Part shown: positions 22,001-34,980 of the stretch, piece by piece
How positions within the stretch are numbered: the first letter of the stretch is position 1
How the letters are laid out: the number at the start of each line of letters is the position of its first letter
Assembly (NCBI GenBank): GCA_002633005.1
Contig: NMRA01000706.1
Span: forward strand, 90,197-154,196
DNA from: Phoronis australis
Taxonomy: Eukaryota; Animalia; Phoronida
DNA: 64,000 nucleotides
Direction of reading: 5' to 3'
Notes under the pieces: generated by a model
The model's input: only the letters and a program-made list of their open reading frames with translations
Told to the model about the DNA's origin: nothing
Databases searched by the model: none
Position numbers and translations under genes: made by a program

Positions 22001-25000
22001 GTTAACCAATTATTGTAAACGCAGGTCTTGTTCGCTAGATACCGACATGCATTATATGCAAAACCCAAGCTAACTTCACATGCAAGAGTCTGCGTCTACA
22101 TGTACGTCCCCAGATGGCAGCCGAGGTTTCGCAAAGCGTAAAAGCGTCCATCGAGAAAAGGCTGATTTGGCTTTAAATATGTGTATTTCCACCAGCACTT
22201 AGTCACACTTGCTGTACTGGTGTTCATGCTGTCAATTCCAAAACTTGGGGTATTTAGTGATGCAAGTTTTGAAGGCGTTTTCAGCAATCAAACAAGTTTA
22301 GTAGGCAATGTCTCAACCACTAGACTCTTTAGGGTCGCCAGCACAGTGCCTCGTGAGTGTAGCTCGTGAACATTGCTCTTGAAACAGTGAGCCGAGTCAT
22401 CTATTCTGTGCATTTGAGTCTCTTTTGTGGAAAGTGGGAGGTTTGCTTGAGCATAGCGTAGTCAATTGGTTTGCATCCGTCAAGCAGTTTATGCTTTCTC
22501 AAACGAGTTTAGCGTCATCGAAATTCACAAAGGCACGTTACAGTAGTTTGTCAGAGGACACAGCCGTTCATGTAAATTAATTTTGGGGTGGCATCGCAAG
22601 GTCAAAAAAGACGAACTTTTAACCGACATGAAGTAACAATTAAGCCAAAAATACCCATATTAGCTTCACTTCGACCACACTGTAACAATAAAAGAATGGG
22701 TGATAACTTGCTTCATTTTATGACACGATTCTGTGTGTGCCGATCACAAAGTTAGATCGTAACATTCTGAATCGGTCATGCAGCAGATTATTCCAATTTA
22801 ATAGTATTAAAGTGATTTTAACGAAGTTTGTCTACAAAAAGGTGTTTCTGTAATGACATGTACTCACGCAGGTCCGTAGTTACACACAAAGAAATTTTTT
22901 AGACCTTGACAGTTAGCGAAACCGCATCCTAGCTTAACTGACGTCGCCCACGCTACCTGGAAGCATAGGAAACCTGAATTTAAAACGGCTTTCATAGAGC
23001 AACATTGCCTGTGACAGGCAACTTTTTCGGTCACCGCTGGAATTTTAATTATACATGTAAATGCATGTGATTCATTTACGTGAGAAAATTGTTGTTCAAA
23101 AATAGGTATGAACGTCACGAAAAATGAAACAGCTATTTTCAGACCTCTGCAAACCGCACTGCAATGTGTTCCTTTCTTGACGTTATACGTACAGCTCTTT
23201 CGCAAACAATTTACAACATGATTATTGTAAATTGCGTTTTTGCTCCGGTTACTTTTGTTTGAAAGAGCAAGCATTTTAATACAAAAACAAACAAGCTTGA
23301 GCACACCTGAACATGTGCAATCACCACTTAGAATACTTTGCCTAGGATTTCATAGTCAAATAGAAACTAGACGTCCGACTTCTTGGAAACCCACACATTG
23401 CAGTTCACACGTTTGTACGCACGAGCGCTAATAAAGCTCATGTACAATCTGGGATCTTTTTTGCTTTCGTATGTAAATTCAGTGAGTGAATAGCTATTGA
23501 CATTCCTGCTTACATGTACTTACCTGAGTGAAGTGCCCAACATCTGTTAACTTCATATCTTTTGAGCCGTAGGAGAACATTTTTACTTCGTCGTACCACG
23601 CTTTTATGGCTGCTTCATATGAGCTATACCCGTATGCCAAGTTTTGTCCCACAGAAAAGCGACCTCAAAATAACGCCATCAAAACAAAATCAATACAAAG
23701 GAAGGTGTGGCCAGAAACGACGACAAGCTTGAATCTCCATCTCGCTGCTCGAAACAGCGTTAACGTCATATTTCAAGGAAGCTTCACGTAATATATTGAA
23801 GCATGCATTTGCCTGGTTTAGTTGTCACTTTAAATGGATTGCTAGTTATTCACCGGGGTTTTAAGCTTTAAAAATATTGCTTAAGAAACCCATATTGGTG
23901 TCGAATCAGTCGGTTAGTAATTTTCTAGGCAATGCACACAATCCAGAGTGACGAAGTATTGATAAAGGAATTTCCAGGTATTCACTTCACGCCAACCTCC
24001 GAAAACTATAGCTATCTAGCTCTGGAATTCCAACTCCGATCATACGGCCGCTGAAGTTGCGATGCACATGAGTGACAATTGTTTGCATTCGTGTGTTTGC
24101 TTGCTATGAAATTTCCTGTTGTTAAAACTTTTCGCAACTATGCCGTTTTTCACCCGAATTGCACATGTATAAGAGACATATCATCGGAAAGCCCTCTGTC
24201 AGTTCTTGACGATTTTACCAGAAGCAAAAGATAAATAATTTAATTCAAGAGTAATTATAATTTTTTATACCTGGCTGTTTTAACAATACTTTTAATTGTA
24301 CACGTAAGAAAGAAAAGCGTTAACAAAATAGGAAAAATAAAATCATGAAATAGTCAGCCAACACTGGTACCAACACTATTTTCCTGATACCCTATCCCTG
24401 TTACCTCCAACTTTGACCGCATCAGGTATTTTCAGACGAAAAAGGGATGAAGTTATATTGCAATATTCGAAATCAAATTGCAATGCCGGGCAGCCAATTC
24501 TATTTTTGTTAATTGTGCTTCGTTTCTTGTACTTCTCTCCTCCGTAGGTTTCTTCCTTGACAAATTATTTGTGAGCGGACTCATGAAATATCGTAGATTT
24601 TCACATAATTTGTCAGTTTTTGATACGCCTACTCAAGCTCTAGTTGATCTCGCCATCTGGTGATTGCGATCATTTTGCTAATGGGAAATCAAATCTATCA
24701 TGTAAATGGCAATAGGACCTAAATAGAACAAAGTCCAGCTTTAAGCTATTGGGATGGAGATAAATTCTTTTCCACCGCAAGGCATCTTTGTCCCTTTTAG
24801 AGCGTCTCTGTTATCGATGACCTCAGCATGGGTCCTCCCGTGGCGAAGCCAGTGCATCACAACAGCGATTTGTCACAGACATGAATTTGTTGGCGACCGG
24901 GATATATATGTAATGAGTGGACACCTGGGCCTACTTAGTCCCGATGAACAAGGGCTCAAACGCAAATACGGAATGAGGATCCACCGGAATATTTTGTATG

Positions 25001-27471
25001 TATACTTGACCAATAGTAATACCTGGAACATTTCGCTCTTTGTCGTGTCTAGAGTCACAGTTCTCAGCCCACGCCTGTGCTATCATAGCTACATCGTCAT
25101 CCCAAGCCTGCAATGTAATAACCAAAAGTACAAGTAGCCGGAACGAAAGTCCGGAGGTCAGTCAATCAGCAAAAAGGATTTAATCAATGGTGTTCACTAC
25201 ATACATATCGTGACTTAACAAATTTCAGATGTCACACGGGTAATTGTCGACTACTCCGTGGTCATATCCCACAAAATCTTGCATACAACCGATCATTTCA
25301 TTTTCAAGGATAATGCATGATAGCGATGAATAGTGCGAAGTCAGTACTCGGTCGAGCGACTGACGTGTGCAGACCTTTCAAAGAAAAATGCAAAAGCTTT
25401 ACGTAGGAAGCTTAGACAGGTTGTAGTGATTTAGTATACAGGTGTGTAAACTAATTTTCTTAGTGGCTGCTAGTTTTTAACACAATACAAAGAAGTACAC
25501 GAATTAGCGAACACAACTTCGGACGATTCTGTACAACGAGAGCGATCGGCAAGCAAATCTTTTTGAATCACATTAAAACGGAAACGTTGGTGTGTAGTGG
25601 TTCAAGTTTCTTGCGAGTGAAGCAAAATTGCACAAGTTTTCAAAATATAACCATACAATACAAGCAAAGAAAGTGTTCGCACTATCTTTTCTTGCGAATT
25701 TCAGCTCACGGGTGCATCTCGTGGATCCAAGACACTCGTAAAGCACTTACTGCGGGAATTCTTTGTTGATGGAATGAAAATGATGAATTATATTCCACAA
25801 TTTAACATTCCAACGACATCGACCAATCATTTAAGAGTTATAATCGCCTTTCTCGAAAGTTCTCGATCTTTTCGCGACATTTTTGTGTCTGTCAAACGCA
25901 CTCGAGGAAGATTTCTCGTAAAGCATTACGGGAAGGGCTCTTTGTGTGCGACCTTAGCATACAAATCCTAGTAGCTCGGCAATAGCTGCTAAAGCGAATA
26001 CGTGAACCAACTTTACAACAAATGTCGATTTCTCGGCAAGACTTGCATGGTCTGGTCGCACTCGCAATTCAGACACGTTATAGAATTACATTGCAGACAC
26101 GATGGTCGTGCGTCTTAAATGCCATTTGCCAATTGGCCACTGTAGTCTATTTGAAAGGATAAGTAGTGAGCAAAACGCCTTAAATTCAAACAGACACACA
26201 GTTATCAAGTAAGTTTTGTCAAATTCAGTGCTCACGAAACTGGATACCAGCAATGGCCTAATCGCCAAGGTGGTGGAGGATTTTAACTTTACGTTTGTTT
26301 ACAAACCTCACCGATCTAAACCACGTGAGTAGCTAATTACCATTTTCTGCATGTTAGTGGCATCCTTGACCATAGCTCTGTACTTATTGTGTAGTTCCAA
26401 CACAAGCTGTTTATCATCATCTGAAAGACCTGGAAGTAATTTTAAACAACAATGAAGCTAGATTTCAACACGAATGGCGCGCACGTGGAGCCTAGAAACG
26501 TCTGCTTGCCTCTCCTTCATTGGCTGCACTTGACTGTCTTCGCTGATTCCACCGGATCAATCCGATAAGAATATCTGATTGCTTTAATAGCCAGAAATCA
26601 CCGTCATTGATATGTACACTAAATCCTAGCACATTCGCGTTACTCAAGTCAGTGGATGAGAGCCATATTGAAGACAGAATATAGGGCTTGCATTGCCGAG
26701 GCACAAAAAGGTTTTCGCAGTACGCTTGGTTCCAAATTGCGCTTTCTCAGCAAAACGTTTTTTGACTTAAGCATGATTGTTATTGATAAGGGAACAAGTG
26801 CAATAAAGAAGACGATTAACAATGACGAGAACAGAGTATTATGACGTCACTGCGCCAAGATAAAAATCAAAAGAATGATGGACGTTTAATCTTTTTTTGC
26901 TGCGAAACTGTCGAATTGGTTCAGTATATTTTGAAAGTTACTATAACAAGCAACAATGATACATTAAAGCGTTTAATCGGTGGAGTTGAAATAGTAAACT
27001 ATGGGACATAATTCACAAAGTATGTACATGTATGAGATAGAACTCCGTATATCCGTTCCATAAGCGAAATGTTTCGCCGCAAGTGCTACGAAACGCAGCC
27101 CAAATCTGCATTCATATAGGATAATGTTTGGTGACATTCATGGATTGTGTCACCTCTGTATATTTGCCTTCCTGGAACAGTACTAAAATTGAATGATTTG
27201 TCCTACGTGTATGACAGGTCCGTCTACCATTCATGTGTTGTGCAGTAATAGTGATTTTGGAAAATAAGTGACGATTGTGATGTTGGAAGTGATGATGTCA
27301 GAGTTGTGGTGTTGGTATAGCCTAGGTGGTAGGTGTGAGCAGCAGATGGTGGAGCAGTTGCCTTACCTGTGCCGCTAAGATGTTTCGCTGATCGCGGTAA
27401 GCACGCACTGTGCCCAGGAATCAACTTGTATTTGTCTTTACAATCTCGACAAATTACACAGGATATGCAAA
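15916..27471 (-). CDS. CAP/SCP (CRISP-like) protein with EGF-like and ShKT-like domains and a C-terminal GPI-type signal; 5' signal-peptide exon not located
   Basis: Exons in transcript order: 27471-27367, 26429-26341, 25107-25023, 23663-23524, 22956-22868, 21848-21760, 20840-20733, 20129-20013, 16037-15916; phases are consistent. Motifs: GHSAC, LHNKYR, ATNMQKMAWD, AQAWAENC, GQNLA, WYDE, GHFTQVAWA, LGCG, CNYGPAGN, PYKKG. Confidence 0.92.
16748..19048. mobile_element. Academ-like internally deleted foldback element with long diverged inverted arms
   Basis: Blocks in 16748-17530 match the reverse complement of blocks in 18185-19048 (e.g. gggtaatgcagat, cgataaatctaagatg, cgctttctgagtgaaagt). 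Ends are CAGGTTCCA...TGGAGCCTG. The centre holds a transposase-like remnant. Confidence 0.75.
17623..18131 (-). pseudogene. C-terminal remnant of an Academ(X)-type transposon protein with a Cys-rich CXC finger
   Basis: Manual translation: SLPLSSDAVQWHMQRANYQTAV*GQA...SG*...PLLMTLPPIPESCIELTTCRCTKGCTNVCCDCRQVGLRCTDACKC. This matches the LPP..H..RANYQ..W / W.P..MTLP..P..C.EL..C.C..GC...C.C...L.CT..C.C pattern; two in-frame stops. Confidence 0.7.
20013..20129 (-). CDS. CAP gene exon (ShKT-like six-Cys domain)
   Basis: tttcag|ICSEAEDPYYCESQYKKEACSAYENVPGECPNMCNVCP|gtaagt. Confidence 0.88.
20200..20237. repeat. (GA)n microsatellite abutting the gap
   Basis: gagagagagagagtgggagagagag... Confidence 0.95.
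20238..20623. other. Assembly gap (N run)
   Basis: 386 N characters. Confidence 1.
20733..20840 (-). CDS. CAP gene exon (EGF-like)
   Basis: tgacag|(D)CGGKVCLNGGDVDLDSCTCKCNKRVSFYKPINDCE|gtaagt. Confidence 0.9.
21760..21848 (-). CDS. CAP gene exon (CAP end/hinge)
   Basis: ttgcag|GNIAGFSEPYKKGAQGSDCPSKKDSDGLC|gtaagt. Confidence 0.92.
22868..22956 (-). CDS. CAP gene exon (CAP signature motifs)
   Basis: ttccag|VAWATSVKLGCGFANCQGLKNFFVCNYGPA|gtgagt. Confidence 0.95.
23524..23663 (-). CDS. CAP gene exon
   Basis: tttgag|(G)RFSVGQNLAYGYSSYEAAIKAWYDEVKMFSYGSKDMKLTDVGHFTQ|gtaagt. Confidence 0.93.
25023..25107 (-). CDS. CAP gene exon
   Basis: ttgcag|AWDDDVAMIAQAWAENCDSRHDKERNVP|gtatta. Confidence 0.93.
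26341..26429 (-). CDS. CAP gene exon
   Basis: ttccag|(G)LSDDDKQLVLELHNKYRAMVKDATNMQKM|gtaatt. Confidence 0.93.
27367..27471 (-). CDS. CAP gene exon (N-terminal Cys/GHSAC segment)
   Basis: tttcag|CISCVICRDCKDKYKLIPGHSACLPRSAKHLSGT|gtaagg. Confidence 0.85.
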
Positions 27472-27597
27472 CTGAAACAACATAAGACGCTGTACTCCCC
27501 CAGTGATAACGAATGCAATACTATAAATCGCGTACAGCAGCTCTTAGCACCCCCATGTTATACTCCTCTCCTTTCTATGATATAACCGCGATAGAAT

Positions 27598-27980
27598 CGG
27601 TAGTAACATTAGTACTAGTAGTAGAAGAAGCAGCGGCAGCAGTATCAACAGCAGCAGCAACAGTAGTAGTAGTAGTGGTAGTGGTAGTGGTAGTAGTAGA
27701 AATGGTACTGGTGGTGGTAGTACGGGCAGTCCTGGTAGTAGTAGTAGTAGCACCAGCGACAGCAGCAGCAGCAGTAGTAGTAGCGATAGTAGTAGAAGTA
27801 GGGGTAGTGGTAGTGGTAGTGGTAGTAGTGGTACTAGTAGTAGTGGGAGCAGCAGCAGCGGTAGTACTTGTGATAGTAGTGGTACACATGGCTGTAGTAG
27901 TAGTTGTTGTTGTTGTTGTTGTATATAACAATGAATGCGGCAGCAGCAGCAGGGGCAGCAGGTGCAGCGGCAGTAGTAGA
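27598..27980. repeat. Compound trinucleotide microsatellite (GTA/GCA/GTG/GTT)n
   Basis: Direct inspection; it explains the low-complexity ORFs on both strands. Confidence 0.9.
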
Positions 27981-30900
27981 GGCTACAGTTTTCAGAATAG
28001 GCGCAACTCTTAATTTTACATTCACAATACGTTGATAATTATGGCGCACTGCACGTACTTTGTTCTTGACACGGGGATAGGTTTGAGATGTGCGACCTCG
28101 GGTAAATTAACCAAACAAAACAACAACATGAGAGGATAAAATATACAACTAGGCCTACGTCCGCATTTGGGAACAAGTTTCTCCTCTAATTTTTAAAGGA
28201 GTGCACTTAAGTTTCTTTAACATTTTGAAACAATGCCGTTAACAAAATAATACGTTTAAAGTTTTTACAGATATATTATCAAAATTGTGCAACCATTCAT
28301 CTTTGTCAGCAAGAATTGTCGAGAGACAATTTGGACATGTTATCTTTCGCAAGTAGCTCAAGTGTTTAGTGAAGAGGATACAGTTGGTCCTATAGGTATA
28401 AGAGTATGCTTCTTTAGGTTCGAATACACTGAGATATACGACTATACCCTTAAGTCACGTCTCCAGCTCTTCATCTCAGTTTTATCTAACATAAAGTATA
28501 AAACGGTTCCAGGTGACAAGTGCAATGTGACCACCTCGGCGGCCTTCACACGAATAGTACAATGTGAACCTCGACGCCTGCAATTAGTTTTTACGTATTT
28601 AATGGACAACAATCTGATGCCCACATGAAGACTTTCGTTTTTAACAAAGAGCGTTCATTAATGTGCAGTGCAATAAGTGGAATTTGCCAGCATAAACGTA
28701 TTTCGTTACCTTTACAAATGAACCGTAAATTTATTCTGTGGTCATTTCTGAAATATATTAAAGCCCTTGGAAGCAGTAATTCTACATCCTATACAATGTA
28801 GTTAGTCCATGGCATACAAATTCATACAGCTGAAAATTGTTGGTGTTCAACCCGGCATGTACATCGTCTCATTTATACGGCACTTTAAGGTTATTTTTAT
28901 CGAGAGTTAATGAGTTTATTAGTGTACGCCTGTTTCATCTTATTGTTTTCACAAGTGCGTTTTGCGGTTATTGCCACTTACATTCAACATATCACCTGTT
29001 TTCACCAATTTTACATGAAAAACAGACATTTTTGTGAAATTAATTTTACTTGTTCAAAATCGTGGTGCCTTTCGATGATCTACCACAATATGCCGGCATG
29101 CCCTTCTCCAGGCGACGTGCTCCTCAAAACGACCTGAATAACACATACAGCGGAGGCTTCATGAACTTGAATTTTCCAAACCACGATAAGTAAACCATAA
29201 GCTTTGCTTCTTGGGAGGCAAACAGGTTTGCCTTTTTTCTTTTCTTTTCTTCTTCTTTTTTTTCTTTCTTTATGTACGTATTGTGTCCAAATTGTAAATT
29301 ATCATAAATTCAATTTCATTATTTTATCTGCATACAATCAGATTTTAGTACCTATTTCATGATTGTAATTATATTAAACAACTTGTGAAGATAACTGTCT
29401 TTGTATTGCATTGGTATTAGGATCTGTGAAATGACTTCGTTTAATATTGATAATGCGGACTGAGTCCTTTTATTAGCGTTATCAATGAGCCTTCCTAGTT
29501 ATGTTTAATATACTTAATCATTGCACGTGTTTATTGTTGTCCCCAGTAACGACATGCAGTAGTCTAAGTTTTAATTTCCATGACAGTAAATTTTGTAATT
29601 AATATCAAAACTAATTTAATAAAGAATCAGAAAACATCGGACTAATAAACGAGGCTGAGAATCGTTACAACAGAAGAATTTAATTATTCAATTGATAAGT
29701 GCGTCCCAAGCGGTATTCAAGTAAACATTGGTTTTGGAATCAGTTACCCTTCTTCAGAACCATCAGAGAGGGACTCGTAAATAGAATCAAGTTGTACCGG
29801 AATTGTTCCTTCTGACTGCTAAAATTTATCCGCTTGGTTGTATAAATGTGTATTGTGCGTTGGCAAATTAGTACTTCCATAAAGTCAAATACAGCTCTAT
29901 TGAAAACGTTTTTACCTCAATAGGCACAGACGAAGCTTGATTTCAAAATACGTCAACTAGCTCGTAAGCCAGACTCTCCTAGTCTAAACGTATATTGTAA
30001 ACCCTTAAACTACTATTGCTTTTGTACGCCTGTCACACTTGATACGTTGCATCTTGTTCTACAGGGATCTGTTTCACGAAAGCGTGCGCATAGTAAGCAG
30101 AGTCACATCTGGCAAAAATGTGAAGTTTACATGATTGAGTTAGTGAAAACTCACCCAAATTAAAGTAAAGATTGAAATTACTTTGAAATGAGGTTAAGTT
30201 TGTTGCGCAACGTTTCCTTACATTTAAATGTCTTAAATTATATTTCCAATTTGCTCAAGTCTAACGCCGCGGTTCGAGCCTTTGTAACTCTTACACAAAT
30301 GAAGAAAATGACTCAGGTTTGAAAGCAATTTTGTAGAATAAATTTGACGTGATTGCAACGAATGGTATTCAGTAGTCCAGTTGGCCTCTGCTCCTGTCTT
30401 CCCAGTAACAGAAGTGTTTCCATTTTAGATAACATCCTTTTCAGCGTTAAAAACAATTTTGTCTCGAATCCAGCTATCTTCCCGACAAAGTTGAAATTGT
30501 CAATAATCTGGTTGGTAATGACACAATTCAACCAAAATTTCTGAACATTACAGGGTTATTGCATCTTCTCTTGCGCCGGAGCTCTCGTAAATTCATGATT
30601 TTAGATACATAAAGGCCAAAATTGCAACTTTTGACAGCTCATTTTTCCGCTGGTCTTAGCAAGAAACAAAAAGATGGAGTCGTTGAAAATTTTCATCTTT
30701 GAGAAGCCTCTACCAAGTGTAATTTCTGACAGTTATTTTTCAAGGGTCTTGAGAAAGGGGGCAAATACGGATTTACGTTGACCTAAACTAGCGATAAAAA
30801 TGGACCTATCGAACTGTGTCATATGCCTTGAATTTCCAACGTCTGCTTAATGAAACAAACCTCAAAACTTATTCTTTAAACAACAAATTTGAAATTTTAA

Positions 30901-33900
30901 ATTTTATGTGATTTTACTTTTCATTTTTACGCCATTGTGTTTTCTATGAAACAAGATTAGTTGCGGATCACAAGCTATCAAGTTTTTATGCAAATTTAGC
31001 TCAAACAGCGTCACGTTTTATGCTTGATGTGGTCATCACACAACTCCGTTTATGAGAGTATTATTTCTGGGAAAAATATTTCCCAAAAGTTCCGCACAAA
31101 ACTCCAAAATTTGAGAGCGTTCATAAGACTGTACAAAAATCCACAAAACGAATTTGGTTCTATAAAACAAATTGAAAGCTATGCCAGCAAGAGTAAAGTG
31201 AATATCAAACGAATAAATGCGCGCAGCCAGCCTAAAATATGGAGGTGCTCAAATTTTGCGGTATGTGGACCTTTTCCTGAAAAAAGACATCGATGACTAA
31301 AAACGGGATATTAGGTTCAGACCTGCGAATAGTACACTAGCGCCGAATTCCTGTAGACTCTTGTCTCGTTTTCTCGAACTTTTTGGTTCTCTGAGGCGGA
31401 CCTCTTTGCCCACTTCGCCTGTGTACGCGCATGCAAATATGGCAGTAAAATATTAATTTTGAGTATTACTTCCATTTATTGGTATTTTACTGATGATCTA
31501 CACAATCTTCTACTTTTTTAAAGAAAATAAACCAAAATATAATTTATTAAAATATCAATCTTTTTTATAGTACATCTAAGAAGACACTACGCTCAGATTC
31601 AAAATGGAACGCATAATTCTGCGAGAACGCGAGATCGTCCGCTGTATGCTCGTACACGTACACTGTTCATGTATGCAGGAATGCTGACCGCGCCTTTTGT
31701 CGCCAGGGGGCACTGAGCCTCAGGACATCCAAGACGTGTTTTTCATGAAAGAAGCATCTTAGAGTATCATTATTTTGAGCAAATGTGGCAACTAAAAATA
31801 TAATTATTAATAAACTCCTGTAAATTAAACCCCCTTACCGCTATAAAATCGATCTCGACTTGTTCCCAACCAAAATGAGAAGTAATGTCGTCGTAGTTCG
31901 CCGTACAAGTGACCCGCCGTGACAAGCCTGTTCTAAAGCATTAACCAACTTTTGATATATTTCAAGTCAATTTGTCTAAGGGGCAATTTTTAACGGAATC
32001 AAGAAGTGTTACTAGGCGCTTTAGTAGATATTTTGTAATTGTATTTGTATAGATTTTGCTTTTGTCCAGGCGCATATCATTTGGCAAGAAATGCGTTTTT
32101 ACATTATGCCGTGACAGCGTATATCGACTGCCTTCAGAGTGATTAAATCCCATTCTGCCATCCAGCGGGAAATTTAGTGTTTACATTTTCTTCTTTACTT
32201 CGAGGTTCCTTGATGGATTTTCATGAAAGGAGACTAGCAGGTGTCTATTAATGGCATCAGTTTCCTGAGGGATTCGACGTAGTGCATGGCACGTAATACC
32301 CATTATTATTATTATTATTATTACTATTATTATTTTTACTTTTTGAATCTGGCCGTTAGCGTCAAGCCTCGCTATCATTAAGAAAATTGACTTGCGTTTT
32401 CTTACTGGGAAGTGCATGGACTACGATGATTTTGAACGGGTCCGGCTGCTGTGACGCCCTCTTGTGGCAAATTTAGTTGGTTAACGTTTTCTCAATGCAA
32501 GCTTAATGGATCTTCGTGAAATTTCCGTTTCTAGTGAGGAGAGTACAACTGGCGTGGATTTTGGGACCAATCCACCTACTGCGGAGTGGTCTAGTAGCAA
32601 TTTTCGTTTTCTCTTGCGTATTCCTTGATATCTAACAAGTTCCTTAGAGGATGCTCTTGAAATTTGACTAGTCACGTAGACGACAGCATTGTACGTTGCG
32701 CTCCCTAGCAGGCATTTTAGCATTTTAGGTCTCTTTGTCTTCCAAAAGTCTTAAAGGATCGTGATGAAATATGTCAGGTGTGCTGTATGTGATGCACATG
32801 GTGAGTACCTAACAATGCTCCGCGTTGCACTTGTTACAGTACTAAAAGGCGCTAATTTGATATTCGATTTAGCCAGCTAAACATGGCGCAATGGAGTATA
32901 AAATCGTACTTGTTTCCTAAACATGCATTGCATGAGGGGAAATATAATTTTGCTGAGTTAATTTCTATAGCTTTGTAGATTTTATCTAAATGTACATGTA
33001 CAGCTTTGAGTTGCCAATAAGGTCCTACGCAGTCTTGAACAAGATACGACAGTGCCTGTTCTTCACAAGCCCAAAACCGCTTCTCATCTGAGAAACTGTA
33101 GCATGTTGAGCCAAGTCTGATAACGGTACGTGGTCTAAATGAAATGTTGTAGTTTCTTCTCTGAAAGACGGGTTTAAAGAAACTTTGATTATGAAAACTG
33201 GCGCATTGAAGGACCGTTGGTTGTTTCAGTTGAACAATACTAGTTGCTAAGCGTAACCAAACATGTCTTCTTTCAAGAAATGGCTGTAGTTAGTTGTTGT
33301 TAGATTTTGCAGACGGTATTTGGAAGCGGGTTTATCTCAAAATGAGCTAATTTACACAGATTATGCCACCTGAGACAGTTGATGGTAAGACGACCTCCCG
33401 GGAACGGCCTTGTGCTTGCACTGTGGTGCTCGCATTACCCAGTCACGATAGTTGCCAGTTTCCATTAGCAACAAGCACAGGAATTATGTTGTTTGATTTA
33501 GAAGCATCTTTTGAGAGGCAATTGTATGCGTGTGAACAATATTGTTATACACTCCATCAGCTGTTCAGCTGTTTGATTTTCAATAGTTTAGATAAAATTG
33601 CAGAATTGTTGAAGCTGTTTCTAAAATGAAACATACAAATAATATTCAGACTCGTGCTTATTTTATTAAGCCTCCCGAGGTGTTCAGCGCGTAACATTAA
33701 GAAACTAGGCAATCGCCGAACATGCGTTGTCAAACTTAATTCCGTGTCTTTGTATTTTCAAATATTTGCTTTGCACGTGTAAAGTAGTTATTAAAAAGCA
33801 ATTGTCAGGTTCTAATGTTTGACATTCAGAAATGTAAACTAATTATAGCATTAATTGCTATGTTTGTACGAGATAAGATACAATTCATTGTTCGTGTTAT

Positions 33901-34980
33901 ACCCCCGATTATACTCGCCCATTTATCTGGCGCGATGGTCCAGCCAGTCAATCTATTTCCTTCTAATGTCAAGCAGAGGTCTGGCAACACCCTTGTTGTT
34001 AAACTGAAGTGCATAATGGGTGGTTCAGATAACTACCAACCTACGGAAACATGAAATTATAAACATACGATTACCTATCTCTGACACACCACAAGAACAG
34101 AACGTACGTCCTCATACTATCCTGAAAATAGTGACAGCACTGCGCAATGGAAGTACAGGCGTAATAACAGATGAAAAACAATGACAATACAGGCACTGTT
34201 AAGCATTAGCTTTTTACGAACAAAATGTGACCTATAACATTTTGTCTACAGACCTAGTGACAATAAATACACATATTTAGTTTGGGTACACACAAAAACT
34301 CTGTTCATTCACATTTGTATGAGCTTTAGTGAAAGGAAGCACTGAGTGGGCACACAGTTGTTTTTGTGCGTGGATAGTATTGTAAGTCAAAAAAGCATAG
34401 TTGGGTTGGGTCTTTGCTCTTTTTAATCAAGCCAGTGGTGCTGTATTTTAACTGTGCACCTGAGACGAGCAAAAATGATGGGAGATTTGTTGTTTTACAC
34501 GCCGCTTAGGGAATCGTGGCGTTTATAATTTCCCTTATCCTTACGCAAAACCTCTCTGAAATTGATGCGGACGGGTGTTTGCTTTTTTACCGGTAAGAGC
34601 AAGCCTCGTTTACAGACCAGAGCCAACTGTGCGTTTTCTTTCTTAAAGGCGAAGGCAACCTTTTTGCATGTCATTTTGAGCTAAAATAAGGTTGGTTGGT
34701 TATCCTAGACATATTTTCCACTTAATTACAGCTTTTCGTAATTTTATAGATTACTCGTCAGCTACTCCGGAAGTGACGTTTAAGGAGGCAAGCGTTTCTC
34801 ACCACTTGGTTTTGCGTTGAATTTACCGTGCGAATCTGTTCTATTCTACTTTTGTTTTGTGCTGTTTTTCAACAATTGTCGCCACCACTTTCCATCGGCG
34901 AGTATTCTGCGGCAAGATAGGTTAGTAGAGAACTCAACTACGTTGGATTTAGGGATTGTTTAGTGTGTTGTAAGCTGAAA

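Noticed and set aside
27513-28013. Val-rich (+) and Thr/Ala-rich mucin-like (-) ORFs
   Set aside because: Explained by a trinucleotide microsatellite; no convincing phase-compatible splice sites link them to the CAP gene.
29725-29765. Hammerhead-like CTGAAGA-stem on the - strand
   Set aside because: The GAAA core reads AAAA and no stem I/III pairing could be built.
34074-34121. Candidate signal-peptide exon for the CAP gene (MRTYVLFLWCVRD, - strand)
   Set aside because: Its donor is phase 2, but the exon at 27471 needs phase 1; direct joining hits a stop.
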